DNA from: Nitrospirota bacterium
GTDB taxonomy: Bacteria > Nitrospirota > UBA9217
Reading direction: 5' to 3'
Length of the DNA: 64,000 nucleotides
NCBI GenBank assembly: GCA_963754875.1
Contig: CAVWHO010000020.1
Location: forward strand, 352,001-416,000
Below the pieces are notes generated by a model that was not told the DNA's origin, ran no database searches, and saw nothing but the letters and a program-made list of their open reading frames with translations. Made by a program: the position numbers and the translations under genes. Shown here piece after piece: positions 1 to 12,703 of the stretch (position 1 is the stretch's first letter; each line of letters begins with the position of its first letter).

Positions 1-207
1 GAGGGTTCCGCTTGTCGTATAGGCTGAAGAGGACAAAAAGTGTCATCTGTGCAATGAAGAGTTGCGAAGACCTTGAAGGAAAATCAGTACGGGAATCTCG
101 CTGTCCAACATCACCGCGTTCATCTTTCTGTAATCTTCATTTTATTATAATCTGTGCAAAACAACCTGCATAATAGCCTCTTGTATGACTGATGAGAGTG
201 GGGCGTC

Positions 208-1647
208 ATGCCTATGAAGCCGGATGATTTTGGCCTTCAAGAGGAGAAAGGGGAGCAATTAACCTTGTCAAAGCGTTCTTTATGCCTGGGCCTGCTTTTT
301 TTAATGTTGTCCTCCTGCGTCTCCTATCAGACCAGGCCGCTGAATACCAGGCCTACCTTGTTGAACGAAGTGCCCCATGTAATCATGAACGCTGGACAAA
401 TGCCTTTGCCGGAATTGGCGTCGCACCCGTTCAATCCCGACGACGGCCTTGATATGACCGAAGTGGCTATGTTGGCGGTGACGAACAATCCTGACCTGAA
501 AGTGGCGCGGGATGAAAGAGGCATAGCTCAGGCTGAGCTCATGGCAGCGGAGGTACTGCCAAATCCCCAGCTGACTGCCGGAATGGACTATCCGACAAAC
601 GGCGGACCGGGCACCGTGAACGCATTCAACGCTGGCTTGAGTTACGACATCGTTGCGCTCCTTACACGTAACGCTTTAATCAATTCCTCCCGTGCGAACA
701 GCCTGAAGCTTAACCTCGCTGTTCTCTGGCAGGAATGGCAGATCGTTCAGCAGGCGCGTCTATTGTTTGTCAGCAGCATAGAGGAGCAGAAGATGATCCG
801 GGAATTGACAGCTTATCGTGAGCTCGTTGCCGTCAAGTACCAGCGTGCGCGACAGGCCCTGCAGGAGGGTGATCTCACGATCGACGTGGTGAGCGCGGAC
901 TTGACCGCTTTGCAGGATGCAAACACGAGTATCAATGATCTCGAACGAGAGATGTGTAAAACGCGTCACGACCTCAATACGCTGCTGGATTTATCACCCG
1001 ACATCAGACTCAATCTTGCGGGGAAAGTCGATCTGCCCATGCCGGACCAGGCGATGGTCGAAGCGTTGCTGGAACAGTTGCCTGACCGACGCCCGGACCT
1101 GCTGGCGCTGCAGGCCGGTTATAAAAGCCAAGAAGAGCGCCTGCGAAAGGCGGTGCTGGAGCAATTCCCGGCGCTTTCAATCGGGGTGACCCGCGCCCGC
1201 GACACAAGCGGAATTTACACCTCAGGCATCGGCATTACCTTGAGCCTTCCGATATTCGATCGGAACCAGGGGCCCATCGCAATCGAAAAAGCCACCCGTA
1301 AACGCCTATATGACGAGTACCAGGCCCGTTTGAACTCGGCATACGGCGAGGCGAAAAGCCTGCTGTCGCAATCGAACCAGGTGAACCGTCAATACAAGGA
1401 CGTAATCGCTGTTCTACCCGGGATGGAGAGAACTGCGGCGAGCGCACAAGCCGCACTGGACGCAGGCAATCTGGACATCACCACCTACACCGATCTTCAG
1501 GCCGCCCTTCTGAAGAAGCGTCTTGAGGCCATCGCCCTTGAACGCACGCTGCTTGAACAACGAATAGCCCTCAGGACGCTGCTCGGCGCCGATCTGCCGG
1601 GACACATTGCATTGGCCGCGATCCAACGCGAGGAGCGAGGAAAATGA
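208..1647 (+). CDS. TolC-family outer membrane efflux protein
   Basis: Lipobox-like LSSC; two OEP-like repeats (NNPDLKVAR; RRPDLLALQA...LSLPIFDRNQG); first gene of MFP/RND operon; true start may be slightly downstream. Confidence 0.9.
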   Translation: MPMKPDDFGLQEEKGEQLTLSKRSLCLGLLFLMLSSCVSYQTRPLNTRPTLLNEVPHVIMNAGQMPLPELASHPFNPDDGLDMTEVAMLAVTNNPDLKVARDERGIAQAELMAAEVLPNPQLTAGMDYPTNGGPGTVNAFNAGLSYDIVALLTRNALINSSRANSLKLNLAVLWQEWQIVQQARLLFVSSIEEQKMIRELTAYRELVAVKYQRARQALQEGDLTIDVVSADLTALQDANTSINDLEREMCKTRHDLNTLLDLSPDIRLNLAGKVDLPMPDQAMVEALLEQLPDRRPDLLALQAGYKSQEERLRKAVLEQFPALSIGVTRARDTSGIYTSGIGITLSLPIFDRNQGPIAIEKATRKRLYDEYQARLNSAYGEAKSLLSQSNQVNRQYKDVIAVLPGMERTAASAQAALDAGNLDITTYTDLQAALLKKRLEAIALERTLLEQRIALRTLLGADLPGHIALAAIQREERGK

Positions 1648-1650
1648 TAT

Positions 1651-2688
1651 ATGAGAAAGAGCTTTTCCCTGTGCACGGTTTTGATAATGATGTTCGGCGC
1701 CGCAAATTATGCAGTATTAGCCGGCACCACGAGTACGCTGGTTCGAACACAGCCCCTTGTTGAACAGGTGCTTGCCGAAACAATCTCCGGATACGGAATC
1801 GTGAGCATCGATCCTCTTAACACCGAAAGCATAAATTTCCCCCGTGCAGGGCAGGTGACGCGGCTTCTGGTCGGACAAGGAGAGGTGGTAAAAAAGGACA
1901 CACCCCTCCTGCAATTGGAAACCAGCCCTCAGGAAAGCGTCGGTTACGAGCAGGCGCGGTCAGCTGTGGACTTGACAAGAGGCGAACTGGCCAGAGTGCA
2001 AAACCTGCTGGCGCAACAGCTTGCGACCAGGTCACAGGTGGCGAACGCTCAAAAGACTTTGCAGGACGCAGAAGCAGCATTCGCAGCCCAGCAGAAGCTG
2101 GGAACAGGGACCCCAAGCGAAATTATCCGGGCACCTTTTGACGGCATTGTGAGCGTAGTGCAGATCGCCCAGGGAGAGCGGATCCAGGCTGGCGCCCCGG
2201 CGTTGCAGTTGTCGCGGATCGACCGCCCGCGCATCGTGCTGGGAATTGAACCCGAAGACGCCCGCAGGGTGAAACGTGGCATGCCGGTGAAGCTGGTCCC
2301 GGTATTCGACAGTTCGCAGAGCGCAGCAGGCCTGGTCAGTACCGTCAACGGGATGATCAATCCGCTGACAGGGCTGGTTGACCTTCTTGTTGCGCTGAAA
2401 CCCGGACAGGCTGTCCGTTTGATGCCGGGAACACGAATAGGGGGACTCATCACGCTGAATAGCCGGCGGAAAATTGCCGTTCCACGACAGGCGGTCCTCA
2501 CCGATGATCAGGGAACCTATATTTTCGTCGTCAAAAACGGTCTCAGCCATCGCATCAATGTGAAGACCGGGATCGAAACACAGGGTCTCGTCGGCATCGT
2601 CGGGCCTTTTGAGAATAGCGACCGCGTTGTGGTCGTGGGCAATTATGAGCTCCAGGAAGGAATGGCCGTGAGGGAGGCTTTGAAATGA
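1651..2688 (+). CDS. RND efflux periplasmic adaptor (membrane fusion protein)
   Basis: Signal peptide, lipoyl half-motifs (AGQVTRLLVGQGEVV; IRAPFDGIV), coiled hairpin, between TolC and RND genes. Confidence 0.9.
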   Translation: MRKSFSLCTVLIMMFGAANYAVLAGTTSTLVRTQPLVEQVLAETISGYGIVSIDPLNTESINFPRAGQVTRLLVGQGEVVKKDTPLLQLETSPQESVGYEQARSAVDLTRGELARVQNLLAQQLATRSQVANAQKTLQDAEAAFAAQQKLGTGTPSEIIRAPFDGIVSVVQIAQGERIQAGAPALQLSRIDRPRIVLGIEPEDARRVKRGMPVKLVPVFDSSQSAAGLVSTVNGMINPLTGLVDLLVALKPGQAVRLMPGTRIGGLITLNSRRKIAVPRQAVLTDDQGTYIFVVKNGLSHRINVKTGIETQGLVGIVGPFENSDRVVVVGNYELQEGMAVREALK

Positions 2689-5600
2689 GCGCCTTCCCCC
2701 TCTGGGTACAGGCGCACCGCCGCTCGATCCTCTTTCTGGTGCTGATCCTGGCCCTTACAGGGGCTGTTATCGCCTTCAAACTGCCGGTGGCCCTTTTCCC
2801 GAATGTGGATTTTCCCCGTGTCGTGGTCTCCTTGGATGCGGGAGACCGCGCCGCGGAGTTGATGGAGCTGGAGGTGACGCGGCATGTCGAAGAGGCGGTC
2901 CGTTCGGTGCCCGGCGTCATCTCGGTGCGCGCTACAAGCAGCCGTGGCAGCGCCGATATTTCGATCAATTTCGGTTGGGGCGTGGATATGGTTTCCTCCC
3001 TGCTCCAGGTCGAGTCCGCCGTCAGCCGGGTGCTGCCCCAACTGCCGCAGGGAACGGTCTTCGAGGTCCAGCGCATGGACCCGACGGTGTTTCCCGTCTT
3101 GGCGTACAGTCTGACGTCGGACAACCGCTCCCTGGTGGAACTGCACGACATCGCGGAATATAAACTGGTTCCCCTGCTGTCAAGCGTCAACGGCACTTCG
3201 CGGGTGCAGGTCATCGGAGGCCAGGTGGAGGAGTATCGCGTTACCGTGGACCCGGCGCGTCTTCAAACCTACGGGCTGACCCTGAATGATGTGGCGCAGG
3301 CGCTTTCGGCAGCCAACGTGATCACCGCCGTGGGCCGCATGGAAGACCATTACAAACTGTATCTCGTCATGTCGGACACACGCTTTGCCGGCCTCAGCCA
3401 GATCCTACGGACCGTTCTGCGCAGCGGCCCGAACGGCCTCGTCCGCCTCGAGGAGGTTGCCAGGGTCCAGCGCGATATCGTTCCCCAATGGCAGCGCGTG
3501 ACCGCGGACGGGCACGACGCCGTATTGATCAATGTCTATCAGCAGCCCGGCGGCAATACCGTCCAAATTGCACGGGATATAAAAGCAAAACTTGCCGCGT
3601 TTCAACAACGCCTGCCGAATGGAGTACGGATCAGCAACTGGTACGATCAGAGCGAGCTGATCATCGCATCCGCAACCAGCGTGCGCGACGCGATCATCAT
3701 CGGGGTGATCCTCGGGGCGGTGGTTCTGTTCCTGTTCCTGCGCAACCTCAAGATCACCCTTATCGCCGTCATCATCGTGCCGATGGTGCTGGCAGCCACT
3801 ATCGTCCTTCTCTTTGTGCTGAAGATGAGTTTTAATATTATGACGCTCGGCGGCATGGCGGCTGCCGTGGGGCTGATCATCGACGACGTCATCGTGATGG
3901 TTGAGCACATCATGCGGCGTTTGCGCGGGAGCGGGGAACAACACCGCGGCCGCGTGATGGCCGCCGCGCGCGAGTTTGCGCAGCCCCTCGTCGGCTCCTC
4001 TTCTGCCACCATCATCATTTTCCTGCCGCTGGCTTTTTTAAGCGGTGTAACAGGCGCTTTTTTCAAGGCGCTGTCCTTCACCATGGCGGCGGCGCTTGTC
4101 ATTTCGTTTCTCATTACCTGGCTCGCCATCCCGATCCTCGCGGACCATCTGCTCGGGAGAAAAGAGGCGGAGGAGAACGAGAGCGGCCCGTTCAGGGAAC
4201 GCACGCACCGCGCGTATGAATGGATCATGGAGCGTTTGCTGAAACGGCCGGGGCTCCTCCTGGCGGGCATCACGCCGCTGCTGATACTCGGCTTCATAGG
4301 CTACCAACAGGTCGGTTCGGGGTTCATGCCGGTCATGGATGAAGGAGGCTTCATCCTCGATTACCGCACGCCGCCAGGGACTGCGCTCTCCGAAACTGAC
4401 CGCTTGCTGCGGCAGGTTGAAGCCATCATCAGGACGACGCCGGAAGTGCTCACCTATTCGCGCCGTACGGGCACGCAACTCGGCGGCGGTCTCACGGAGG
4501 CGAATGAGGGAGATTTCTTCATACGATTGAAACCGTTGCCCAGGCGGCCCATAGAAGAGGTCATGGACGAGATCCGCGAAAAAATCGAGCGAGACGTGCC
4601 CGGCATCGACATCGAACTGGCCCAGCTCATGGAAGACCTGATCGGAGATCTGACCGCCGTGCCGCAGCCCATCGAGATCAAACTGTACTCCGACAGCCAG
4701 CAACAGCTTGCTGCCGTGGGCCGGCGGGTAGCCGATGCCATCGGTGGAATACCCGGCGTGGTGGACGTCCGAAGCGGTATCGTGCTGGCAGGGGACGCCC
4801 TGGACATCTATGTAGATCGAACCAAGGCCGCACTGGAGGGCGTCGATCCCGATGCAATAACCCGCATGCTGAACGACTATCTGTCCGGGGCGGTGACGAC
4901 GCAGGTCCAGGAAGGCGTCAAAATGGTCGGTGTCCGCGTCTGGATCGACAGTGCTCTGCGCGCCACCGAAAGAGAGGTCGGGGAGCCTCATGATGCGCGC
5001 GCCGGACGGGCATATGTTCCCCCTCAAACGGGTTGCAAACGTCAAGGCGGTCGTCGGCCAGCCCCAGATAACAAGCGAAAACCTCAAGACCATGACGGCG
5101 GCAACCGGCCGCATCACCGGCCGCGATATGGGCTCGGTGATGCGGGATGTGCGCACGGCGCTTGCGCGTCCGGGTTTGATCCCGAAGGACGTCTACTTCG
5201 ATCTGGGTGGAATGTACGAGCAGCAGCAGATCGCCTTCAAGGGGCTCATCGCCGTGTTCATCGCCGCGCTTGCCCTGGTAAGCCTGCTGCTTCTCTTTCT
5301 CTATGAACGCTTCAGAATCGTGCTCGCCATCATGGCGCTTCCGGTGCTTTCCCTGTCAGCGGTGTTCATCGGCCTCTGGGTGACCGGCATAGAGCTCAAT
5401 ATCTCCGCCATGATGGGAATGACCATGATCGTCGGAATCGTCACCGAGGTCGCCATATTTTATTTTTCGGAATACAGCGATCTTGCTCAAACCATGGATA
5501 TGGGACCCGCCTTGATCGAGGCGGGAAAGAACCGCATGCGACCGATCATGATGACGACCTTTGTGGCCATTCTGACTCTTCTCCCCCTGGCGCTGGCCTT

Positions 5601-5754
5601 GGGCCAGGGGGCCGCAATGCAACAGCCGCTCGCCGTCGCGATTATTTCCGGCTTGCTGGTGCAGATCCCGCTTGCGCTTATTGTACTGCCGGCGCTATAT
5701 TATCTGTTAGCATCGGCGCAACGCAGAGGAAGCGGGCCGGACAAGGACGCGTAA
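2685..5754 (+). CDS. RND efflux permease (AcrB/CusA-like), split by one frameshift near 4980-4983
   Basis: ORFs 2685..5306 and 4930..5754 join into one RND protein if one G is removed from GGGG at 4980-4983; motifs GLIIDDVIVMVE and RMRPIMMTT. Confidence 0.9.
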
Positions 5755-5762
5755 GGAGCCCC

Positions 5763-6431
5763 ATGCGCATACTGATAGTGGAAGATGAAAAGCCCCTGGC
5801 CGACATTCTAAAAAAAGGCCTTGAGGAGGAAGGGTACGCCGTCGATGTCGCATACAATGGAGAAGACGGTCAGTATCTGGCTGAACATGAGCCATCGGAC
5901 CTCATGATCCTGGATATTATGCTGCCTGTGGTCGACGGCATGACTATCCTGAAATGGATTCGCCGGATCGGTATTAAGACCCCAGTTCTCCTGCTGACGG
6001 CGCGGGACGCCATAACGGACAAAGTGTCCGGCCTGGACAGCGGCGCTGATGATTATCTGACAAAACCTTTTTCCTTTGAAGAGCTGCTCGCCCGCATGAG
6101 AGTATTGCTGAGACGGAATTCAATGGTGAAAACGTCCTTGATCGTAATTAGAGACTTGACTCTTGACACAGCGACCCATGAAGTCAGGAGGGGGGAAAAG
6201 AGCATTTCCCTCTCGGCGAAAGAACTCTCGCTCCTTGAATATATGGCCCTCAACAGGAATATTGTCCTGAGCAGAACGGCCTTGACGGAACATCTTTATA
6301 ACCAGGACTTTGATCTTGACAGCAACGTGATAGATGTCTTTATTAACCGCCTCAGGAACAAGATAGACCGGGGATTTGAGGAGAAAATCATATTTACCGT
6401 GCGGGGCGCCGGTTATATGCTGAGGGGATAA
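5763..6431 (+). CDS. OmpR-family response regulator (CusR/CzcR-like)
   Basis: MRILIVEDE, LDIMLP, GADDYLTKPF, winged-helix end TVRGAGY. Confidence 0.95.
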   Translation: MRILIVEDEKPLADILKKGLEEEGYAVDVAYNGEDGQYLAEHEPSDLMILDIMLPVVDGMTILKWIRRIGIKTPVLLLTARDAITDKVSGLDSGADDYLTKPFSFEELLARMRVLLRRNSMVKTSLIVIRDLTLDTATHEVRRGEKSISLSAKELSLLEYMALNRNIVLSRTALTEHLYNQDFDLDSNVIDVFINRLRNKIDRGFEEKIIFTVRGAGYMLRG

Positions 6432-6432
6432 C

Positions 6433-7860
6433 ATGCTGTCTTCGATCAAGGTAAAAATCATTTTTTACTACATGGCTGTTTTGTTCGTCGTCCTCTCCTT
6501 CCTGGGGACCTTCCTGTATTTCAGCCTCGACAAGATCGTATATAAATCCCTTGATGCCGGTCTGCTTGCCAGGGCCAAGGCGATAGCATCGATTATTGAT
6601 ATCGACAGGAATGAAACCGAGTTCAATCTGTCCGATGAAATCATGTGGGAGTACCATTCGACGAGGTCAGGAAGTTTTTTTCAGGTGCGCCGCGCCGACG
6701 GGACGACCATGGCAAAATCGGCTTCGCTCGGGGGGATGGAACTCCCCGTGCCAGAGAACGATTCCCGCACGCGTATCACCACGATCCGTCTGAACGGAAG
6801 GAGTGTGCGACTCATTGCTTTCCCCTATGGTTCGACGGGAGAGGAGGGGGGCGCTGAGGAGAAAGACCTGCAGGGACTGGTGGTCCAGTGCGGTGAGGAT
6901 ATGGAAGACCAATTAGAGCTTCTGGAAGATTTTCGCGCCGTACTGGTCGGCGCGGTTCTTTCCGTCATGCTTCTGTCGGCATTAGGCGGCTTCGTCATCG
7001 CGAAGAAAGCACTTACTCCCGTCCTGGACATTTCACAGACCATCGACAGGATATCCGAGCTGGACCTCACGAGACGAGTCTCCCTGCAGGGCATTCCTCG
7101 CGAGTTGAAAATTCTTGCTGCTTCCTTCAACCGTATGTTCAGCAGAATGGAAGAGGCGTTAAACCGGCAGAAACGGTTTGCAGCGGACGCTTCCCATGAG
7201 CTCAGGACGCCGCTCTCGGTCATTCTGAGCCAGAGCGAGATCGTCCTTCGAAAGGAGAGGACCACGGAAGAATACAAAAGCAGTCTCGATGCCATCATGC
7301 GGGCGGCACGAACGATGTCGTCCACGGTCCGGAAACTGCTTACGCTGACCCGGTTCAGCGCCGATAAGGTTGAACTCAAGTTTGAATCCATTCAAATCAA
7401 AGAACTCATAAACGACGTGGCAAAACTGCTCGGTCCTCTTGCCGGACAGAAAGGGATCGTCCTGGAAACGTCGCAAATACCTGCTTCACTATCGGTTCAG
7501 GGAGACCGGGAAAATCTGCTGGATCTGTTTACCAATGTGCTGGACAATGCCATAAAATACAATATTCCCCGGGGTCTGGTGCGTATTTCCGCCAGGAAGG
7601 ATGTAGAATTCATCGTATGCGAAATCCTGGATGCGGGGATCGGCATACCTGCTGGCGCGCTGGATAAAGTGTTCGATCGCTTTTACCGGGTAGACCATTC
7701 CCGTTCGAACGAGATCGACGGCAGTGGATTGGGGCTCAGCATCTGCAGGGAGATAGCAGGGCTTCACGGAGGAAAAATCGAAATTAAAAGCAGGGAAGGT
7801 GAGGGAACGGTTGTATCGGTATATCTGAAAGAAGGGGAGAGGGAGCGGTCTTCCAGATAA
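6433..7860 (+). CDS. Membrane sensor histidine kinase (heavy-metal sensor-like)
   Basis: Two TM segments, HAMP, H-box ASHELRTPL, N/G boxes (NAIKYN, DAGIG, GSGLGL). Confidence 0.93.
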   Translation: MLSSIKVKIIFYYMAVLFVVLSFLGTFLYFSLDKIVYKSLDAGLLARAKAIASIIDIDRNETEFNLSDEIMWEYHSTRSGSFFQVRRADGTTMAKSASLGGMELPVPENDSRTRITTIRLNGRSVRLIAFPYGSTGEEGGAEEKDLQGLVVQCGEDMEDQLELLEDFRAVLVGAVLSVMLLSALGGFVIAKKALTPVLDISQTIDRISELDLTRRVSLQGIPRELKILAASFNRMFSRMEEALNRQKRFAADASHELRTPLSVILSQSEIVLRKERTTEEYKSSLDAIMRAARTMSSTVRKLLTLTRFSADKVELKFESIQIKELINDVAKLLGPLAGQKGIVLETSQIPASLSVQGDRENLLDLFTNVLDNAIKYNIPRGLVRISARKDVEFIVCEILDAGIGIPAGALDKVFDRFYRVDHSRSNEIDGSGLGLSICREIAGLHGGKIEIKSREGEGTVVSVYLKEGERERSSR

Positions 7861-7954
7861 TGAAACGCCTCATGCCGGCGTGAGCATGGGGTTGGTTTAA
7901 ATATTCAGAGGAGATTGAGACGGTATCCCGATTTCGCCGGGCGGTGCAGCGACT

Positions 7955-9208
7955 TTACTCACGACGCAGTGCTGCGATCGGGTCCAGCTGAGTGGCCCGC
8001 CACGCCGGATAAAAGCCGAAGAAGACGCCGACCCCGATTGCGAATAGTGGGGCGATGACGAGGGCTTCGAGGGGGATGGACATCGGCCATCCCAAAACGT
8101 ACCCCATTATAAAAGAGCCGATCACACCTACGCAGACCCCCGAGAGTCCTCCGAAGAGGCTCAATATGACTGCTTCGCCGAGAAACTGCACTTGTATGGC
8201 GGATGTCTTGGCCCCGATCGCCATGCGCAAGCCGATTTCCTTGGTCCTTTCAGTCACGGACACGAGCATGACGTTCATGATCCCGATCCCGCCGACCAGA
8301 AGAGAGATGGAAGCGACGCTGATGAGAAAGATTGCGAGTGTCCGGTTCGATTCGATTTGGGCCTTGATTACCTCTTCCGGACGACGGATGTTAAAATCAT
8401 CATCACTCGCAGTTCGGATATGGTGCCGCTCCCGCAGAAGCTCATTGATCCGGTCAACAGCGGGTTTCACAACGTCCATGGACTGGGCCGAGCACAAAAT
8501 GTCGTCCAGCCAGGAGTAGCCCTTGCCCCGAAGCCTCTTCTGCACCGTTGTATAGGGCATTATGATGGTGTCGTCCTGATCCTGGCCGGTACCAGACTGG
8601 CCTTTCGGCGCCAGTACGCCGACCACCCGGTATATCTGTTGATTAATTCGTGCTTTTCGTCCAATTGCTTGCTCGTCCCCGAAGAGCTGCTGACGCACGG
8701 TTTGGCCGAGAAGAACCACGTTGGCCACATGATCCACGTCTTCTCTTGTGAACGGTTCCCCCTCCGCCAGTTCCCAGCGTTTAATTCCGAAAAAATCAGG
8801 GGTGACACCACGATAATGAGTCGTCCAATTAAGCTTTCCCGAGGCGATGAGCACACTCCCGTCCACATTCGGAGAAACACTTTTAATGAACGGCACTTCA
8901 TGAAGGATTGCCTCGGCATCATCCATGGTGAGTGATGTCATACCGTGGCTGCCGGACCGCACCCCGTTCACGTTGCGGGAGCCGGCCTCGACCCACACGA
9001 GGTTGTCCCCCAGGTTGTGGAGCTGCTGCTCGGCGCGCTGCGTACCTGCCGTGCCGATGGCCACTACGCACACTACCGCGGCAATACCGATGGCGATTCC
9101 GAAAGACGAGAGCGCACTTCGCATCTTGTTCCGGGTAAGCGCACGGACTGCTTCACGGCCGAGGAGGCTGAGCGGGAGACCAATTAATTTATGTGAAATG
9201 CTTGACAT
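7955..9208 (-). CDS. MacB/FtsX-family ABC transporter permease
   Basis: GGIGIMNVMLVSVTERTKEIGLRMAIGA and YPAWRATQLDPIAALRRE; cognate ATPase not adjacent. Confidence 0.92.
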   Translation of the reverse strand: MSSISHKLIGLPLSLLGREAVRALTRNKMRSALSSFGIAIGIAAVVCVVAIGTAGTQRAEQQLHNLGDNLVWVEAGSRNVNGVRSGSHGMTSLTMDDAEAILHEVPFIKSVSPNVDGSVLIASGKLNWTTHYRGVTPDFFGIKRWELAEGEPFTREDVDHVANVVLLGQTVRQQLFGDEQAIGRKARINQQIYRVVGVLAPKGQSGTGQDQDDTIIMPYTTVQKRLRGKGYSWLDDILCSAQSMDVVKPAVDRINELLRERHHIRTASDDDFNIRRPEEVIKAQIESNRTLAIFLISVASISLLVGGIGIMNVMLVSVTERTKEIGLRMAIGAKTSAIQVQFLGEAVILSLFGGLSGVCVGVIGSFIMGYVLGWPMSIPLEALVIAPLFAIGVGVFFGFYPAWRATQLDPIAALRRE

Positions 9209-9444
9209 ATCGAAGAACTATCTGTTTTGACCTCCATAGTACACAGGGATGCAGGTTCTGTCAACTAAGCACTTCTTGAAATCAGACTGATAACGCAGCT
9301 GCGGATTATGTGGTAAGTTAAAAAAAAGGACGAAGCGCATCGTCTCTGTTTATAGTATTTTTGAACGGACCCGATACTTGCCCCCTGGCGCAATGCCGCG
9401 GCTTTTTACCTGCAAATCAGCCAAAGTGCATGTAGTGTATGCAA

Positions 9445-9462
9445 ATACCCTAAAAATACCCT
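9445..9462. promoter_or_regulatory. ATACCCT-N4-ATACCCT direct repeat, candidate regulator site (copy 1)
   Basis: 17/18 identical to 12531-12548; 11-bp period; both intergenic. Confidence 0.45.
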
Positions 9463-9582
9463 GAATCACTAATTTATTGATTTAAAGATAAAAATACTAG
9501 ATTTTTTTTGAAACCATGAAATATTGTTCGCTTTCGGTAAATCTTGTCTTGACAGAGGAGCAGTATTGTTATAGTTTTATAG

Positions 9583-9884
9583 TGAAAGCAGGAAGCGGAG
9601 CCTCTAGTTCCAGCCGGAGGGAGCTCCACGGGGAACCCGGAGTATTTATATTCAGCGCGTCGTTTAGCCGGTACATCGGCTTTACGCTCAATAAGCATTC
9701 AGCGTTCCGGCGGAGATCAATTATTCTCTGGATAAAAGGCGCTCTAAGCCGGCTCCCCGGCTTATTCGGCCTTACCGTTCGCAGCCTGTGCGCTTATGCT
9801 TATGTAAGTGTACAGGCGGAGCAATGTGCCGGTACATTTATAAATCGTTTACATAGCGATCATACCTGATTTTCTCGACTTCCC
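9583..9884 (+). ncRNA. Candidate structured non-coding RNA (~300 nt), family unknown
   Basis: TTGACA and TGtTATAGT just upstream; at least six hairpins whose non-canonical pairs are G-U on the + strand; ends can pair. Confidence 0.55.
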
Positions 9885-10097
9885 AAAAAATCGACCCACG
9901 ATGAAGTTTCTCATGAGCAAAAACGGGCATCTGTCTCATTAAATCTTTGTTTTGCAAAAAAAAATATGATTAATAAACTGATGAATAAGAATTACACGGC
10001 GGTACCCATTTTCCCGTGATTCAATAAAATCGATTGAACATAATGGAAGTTAAGGGCTTAATGGATCCAAACGTTCGTGCCAAGAGCTCTAATGGAT

Positions 10098-11303
<1,206 letters not shown>

Positions 11304-11579
11304 GACGGTAAAAAGAATCAGACGCGGATGGTGCTCCGCGACATCCGACCTCCTGCTCCCGACTCCCGGCCGATCGGATAAAATGCTTACCAGTGCGCTC
11401 AAAGCATGCTTCAAACCAGCGTTACGTGCCCTCATCATAAGAATGAAATGCCACACCCGTTGTTTTCGTTGACATTTGCGCGATTCAGTCATATATTATT
11501 TCATAATTTCTGTTCAATAAAGATACAATCCTTTTTAACCTTTGCTTTTCTGTTATAGCTTCTTGCGTGAGGATTAACT

Positions 11580-12101
11580 ATGAATAAGATTGCTCTGTTT
11601 TTTTGTTTTATGATATGTATAAATTCAGCTTATGCCGAGATGCCCTATGATTATCCAAACCAGCCACAGGGATTTAGGAACATATCGTGGGGGGAGAATT
11701 TGACAAAGGTAAAGGGCATGAGGAAGATGTATGTCAGCGATGAGGACAGTGATATCGTAACTTTTGCCCGGGATAAAGATGTATTGCAAATAGGAGCTGC
11801 AAAATTAGATTTCATTCGGTATGTTTCATGGAAAAATAGATTTTCCGGTGTGATTATTTCTTTTAAGGGATCTACCAATCATGAAGGATTAAAAGCGACA
11901 TTATTCGAAAAATTCGGGAAAGGACAACAACACGATGCCGGGAATAGTCTGGAATGGTTTGGAAAAGATACAAACATTATTTTAGAATATAATGCCGCGA
12001 CCAGAGAGGGTTCGTTGATGTTTTATGGCAACAAAATACGTGCTGAGGAAGATGCATACAGGAAGAAAAAAGCCAAGGAAGGGGCGGCAAAAGACTTTTA
12101 A
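11580..12101 (+). CDS. Hypothetical exported protein (AT-rich)
   Basis: GAGGA RBS, signal peptide ending AYA, 173 aa. Confidence 0.75.
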   Translation: MNKIALFFCFMICINSAYAEMPYDYPNQPQGFRNISWGENLTKVKGMRKMYVSDEDSDIVTFARDKDVLQIGAAKLDFIRYVSWKNRFSGVIISFKGSTNHEGLKATLFEKFGKGQQHDAGNSLEWFGKDTNIILEYNAATREGSLMFYGNKIRAEEDAYRKKKAKEGAAKDF

Positions 12102-12530
12102 GCGCACAAGTCACGAGGTGCGTCACGGCAATTGTCGATGCAAATACTGTTTTTAACCTTTTACCACACAGAGGACCACTGAATAGTTCACTTAGGCAAC
12201 TCGATAGATTTCCCCCCGGATATTCCTTGAACCTGGTTGCAAAGATACTTTATAGATGACATGACAATGTTTAATTGTTACGAAGGACGGGAACGGATTA
12301 CCGAAGCCGGCAAAGCCCTCGGATTCTATTGCCCAAGGTCAGGGAAACGCTTGAGCAAGAATAGAACGGGGGCAATGCTCGAGACTGCGGAGTGATCGCC
12401 CGCCCTTCTACTCATTGCCCACAGGCAACTTGCAATCCGAATTTGCTGCTTGTCCTAACCAACGAGACCTGCACGCTCATGTGCCGAATTTTCTTTTAAC
12501 CACTCCGCTGCCTCAAATCAGACCCGTGAT

Positions 12531-12548
12531 ATACCCTAAACATACCCT
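12531..12548. promoter_or_regulatory. ATACCCT-N4-ATACCCT direct repeat, candidate regulator site (copy 2)
   Basis: 17/18 identical to 9445-9462. Confidence 0.45.
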
Positions 12549-12703
12549 TATCGGAGTATGGCGTTATCCTTCGGTTGGTGATTGGTAAAAAAAATCGAGG
12601 CCGGGTGCGGATATTTTTATTCAAAAAGGCCAGTGAGTTCAAAATCTTGCTCTTTTAATGCAGAGCAAACCCACTCATTGAAGAGGGGGCTAGAGGAGGG
12701 TGT

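Noticed and set aside
9755..9770. CCCGGCTTAT resembles the RNase P RNA 3' motif
   Set aside because: No GAGGAAAGTCC partner or ACAGAA; the segment is explained by a local hairpin
9516..9869. 117-aa ORF over the candidate ncRNA
   Set aside because: No RBS, runs through the promoter elements, no recognisable protein features
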